A stretch of 64,000 nucleotides of DNA, taken from assembly GCA_030141605.1 (NCBI GenBank), contig JAQGDQ010002376.1, forward strand, positions 354,422-418,421, written 5' to 3'. The notes under the pieces were generated by a model. It had not been told where the DNA came from. It ran no database searches and was given only the letters and a program-made list of their open reading frames with translations. The position numbers and the translations under genes were made by a program. Shown piece by piece: positions 63,150 to 64,000 of this stretch; the stretch's first letter is position 1; every line of letters begins with the position of its first letter. The stretch comes from Tubiluchus corallicola (lineage: Eukaryota; Animalia; Priapulida).

Positions 63150-64000
63150 AGTGCTCTCATGCTCTCATTATTAACAGGACTTAAGGGTAACAAAGCCCCT
63201 GGTGCAGATGGTGTCAGTAATTTTTTTTGTTCAAATTGCCAGTTCCGTCATTTCCAAGCCATTAACTTTAATATATAGTCAATCATTTAATACTGGTATT
63301 TTTCCTGAACAGCTTAAACTCACTAAAGTAATTCCTGTTTATAAATCAAATAATAAAGCTAAGTTATCTAATTATCGACCAATTTTGCTATTAAGTGTTT
63401 TTTCTAAAATACTTGAAAAAATCGCATTTAATCAACTGTCCTATTTTCTTCTACAAAACAAAATTTTATATGACCATCAATTCGGTTTTCGTAGAATCGC
63501 ATTCAACAGCATTAGCATTAATTAAAATAACTAATAAAATTGCAGAGGCGGTTGATAATGATCGGTATGTCTGTGGTCTGTTTATAGATTTATCAAAGAC
63601 ATTTGATACGGTAAATCATTGTATTGTTCTAGACAAATTGCATTATCATGGTATAAGACATTCAGCTCAATCATGGTTCAAAAGTTATCTTTGTGATCGT
63701 CTCCAGTATGTGGAATTAAATGAATGTAAATCCAATACACTTCCAATTAAGCACGGTGTTCCCCAAGGTTCTACTCTAGGGCCACTTTTATTTCTTCTAT
63801 ATATAAGTGATATGCCACTAAGTTGCTCAAATTTAATCTTCAGACTTTTTGCAGATGATACAAACATTTTAAGCCATTCAAATATAGATAACTTGGAGAT
63901 TTTATGAATACCCAGTTAAATAAAGTATCAGAATGGCTGAATGTAAATAAACTCTCACTGAATAATATAAATCAAATTTCATGATTCTAAAAAAAAGGAG
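63150..64000 (+). mobile_element. CR1/Jockey-group LINE reverse transcriptase fragment, frameshifted, runs off the right edge
   Basis: KAPGADG, TGIFPEQLKLTKVIPVYK, NYRPILLLSVFSKILEK, FIDLSKTFDTVNH, GVPQGSTLGPLLFLLY, LFADD. Confidence 0.93.

Overview
AT-rich, intron-containing metazoan (invertebrate-type) genomic DNA; most of the supplied ORF track is exon fragments, repeats or noise. Exons were reconstructed by hand from GT..AG boundaries and reading-frame phase. Genes: the first coding exon of a secreted or membrane leucine-rich-repeat protein (- strand, continues off the left edge); the last exon(s) of an unidentified + strand gene (stop at 5328); a complete 14-exon MKS1 ciliary transition-zone gene (-, 21296 to 7972, about 557 aa); a LITAF-domain gene head-to-head with it (+, 21610/22130 to 24584); and a RERG-like small GTPase (-, 45935/42478 to 29022). 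The rest is repeat landscape: pogo/Tigger-type MITEs and a transposase remnant, hAT-type MITEs, CR1/L2 and L1/Tx1 LINE fragments, tRNA-, 5S- and Meta-type SINEs, a probable solo LTR, a Penelope-like remnant with a degenerate minimal hammerhead, an element carrying an internal palindromic-core array, a 58-bp minisatellite and graded microsatellites. I found no well-supported novel multi-gene system. The most interesting points are the LITAF splice architecture (exon skipping creates a PPxY motif; a 4-nt tandem acceptor switches frame), the compact MKS1/LITAF bidirectional promoter, the RERG G3-box variant, the likely nested LRR gene and the hammerhead remnant.
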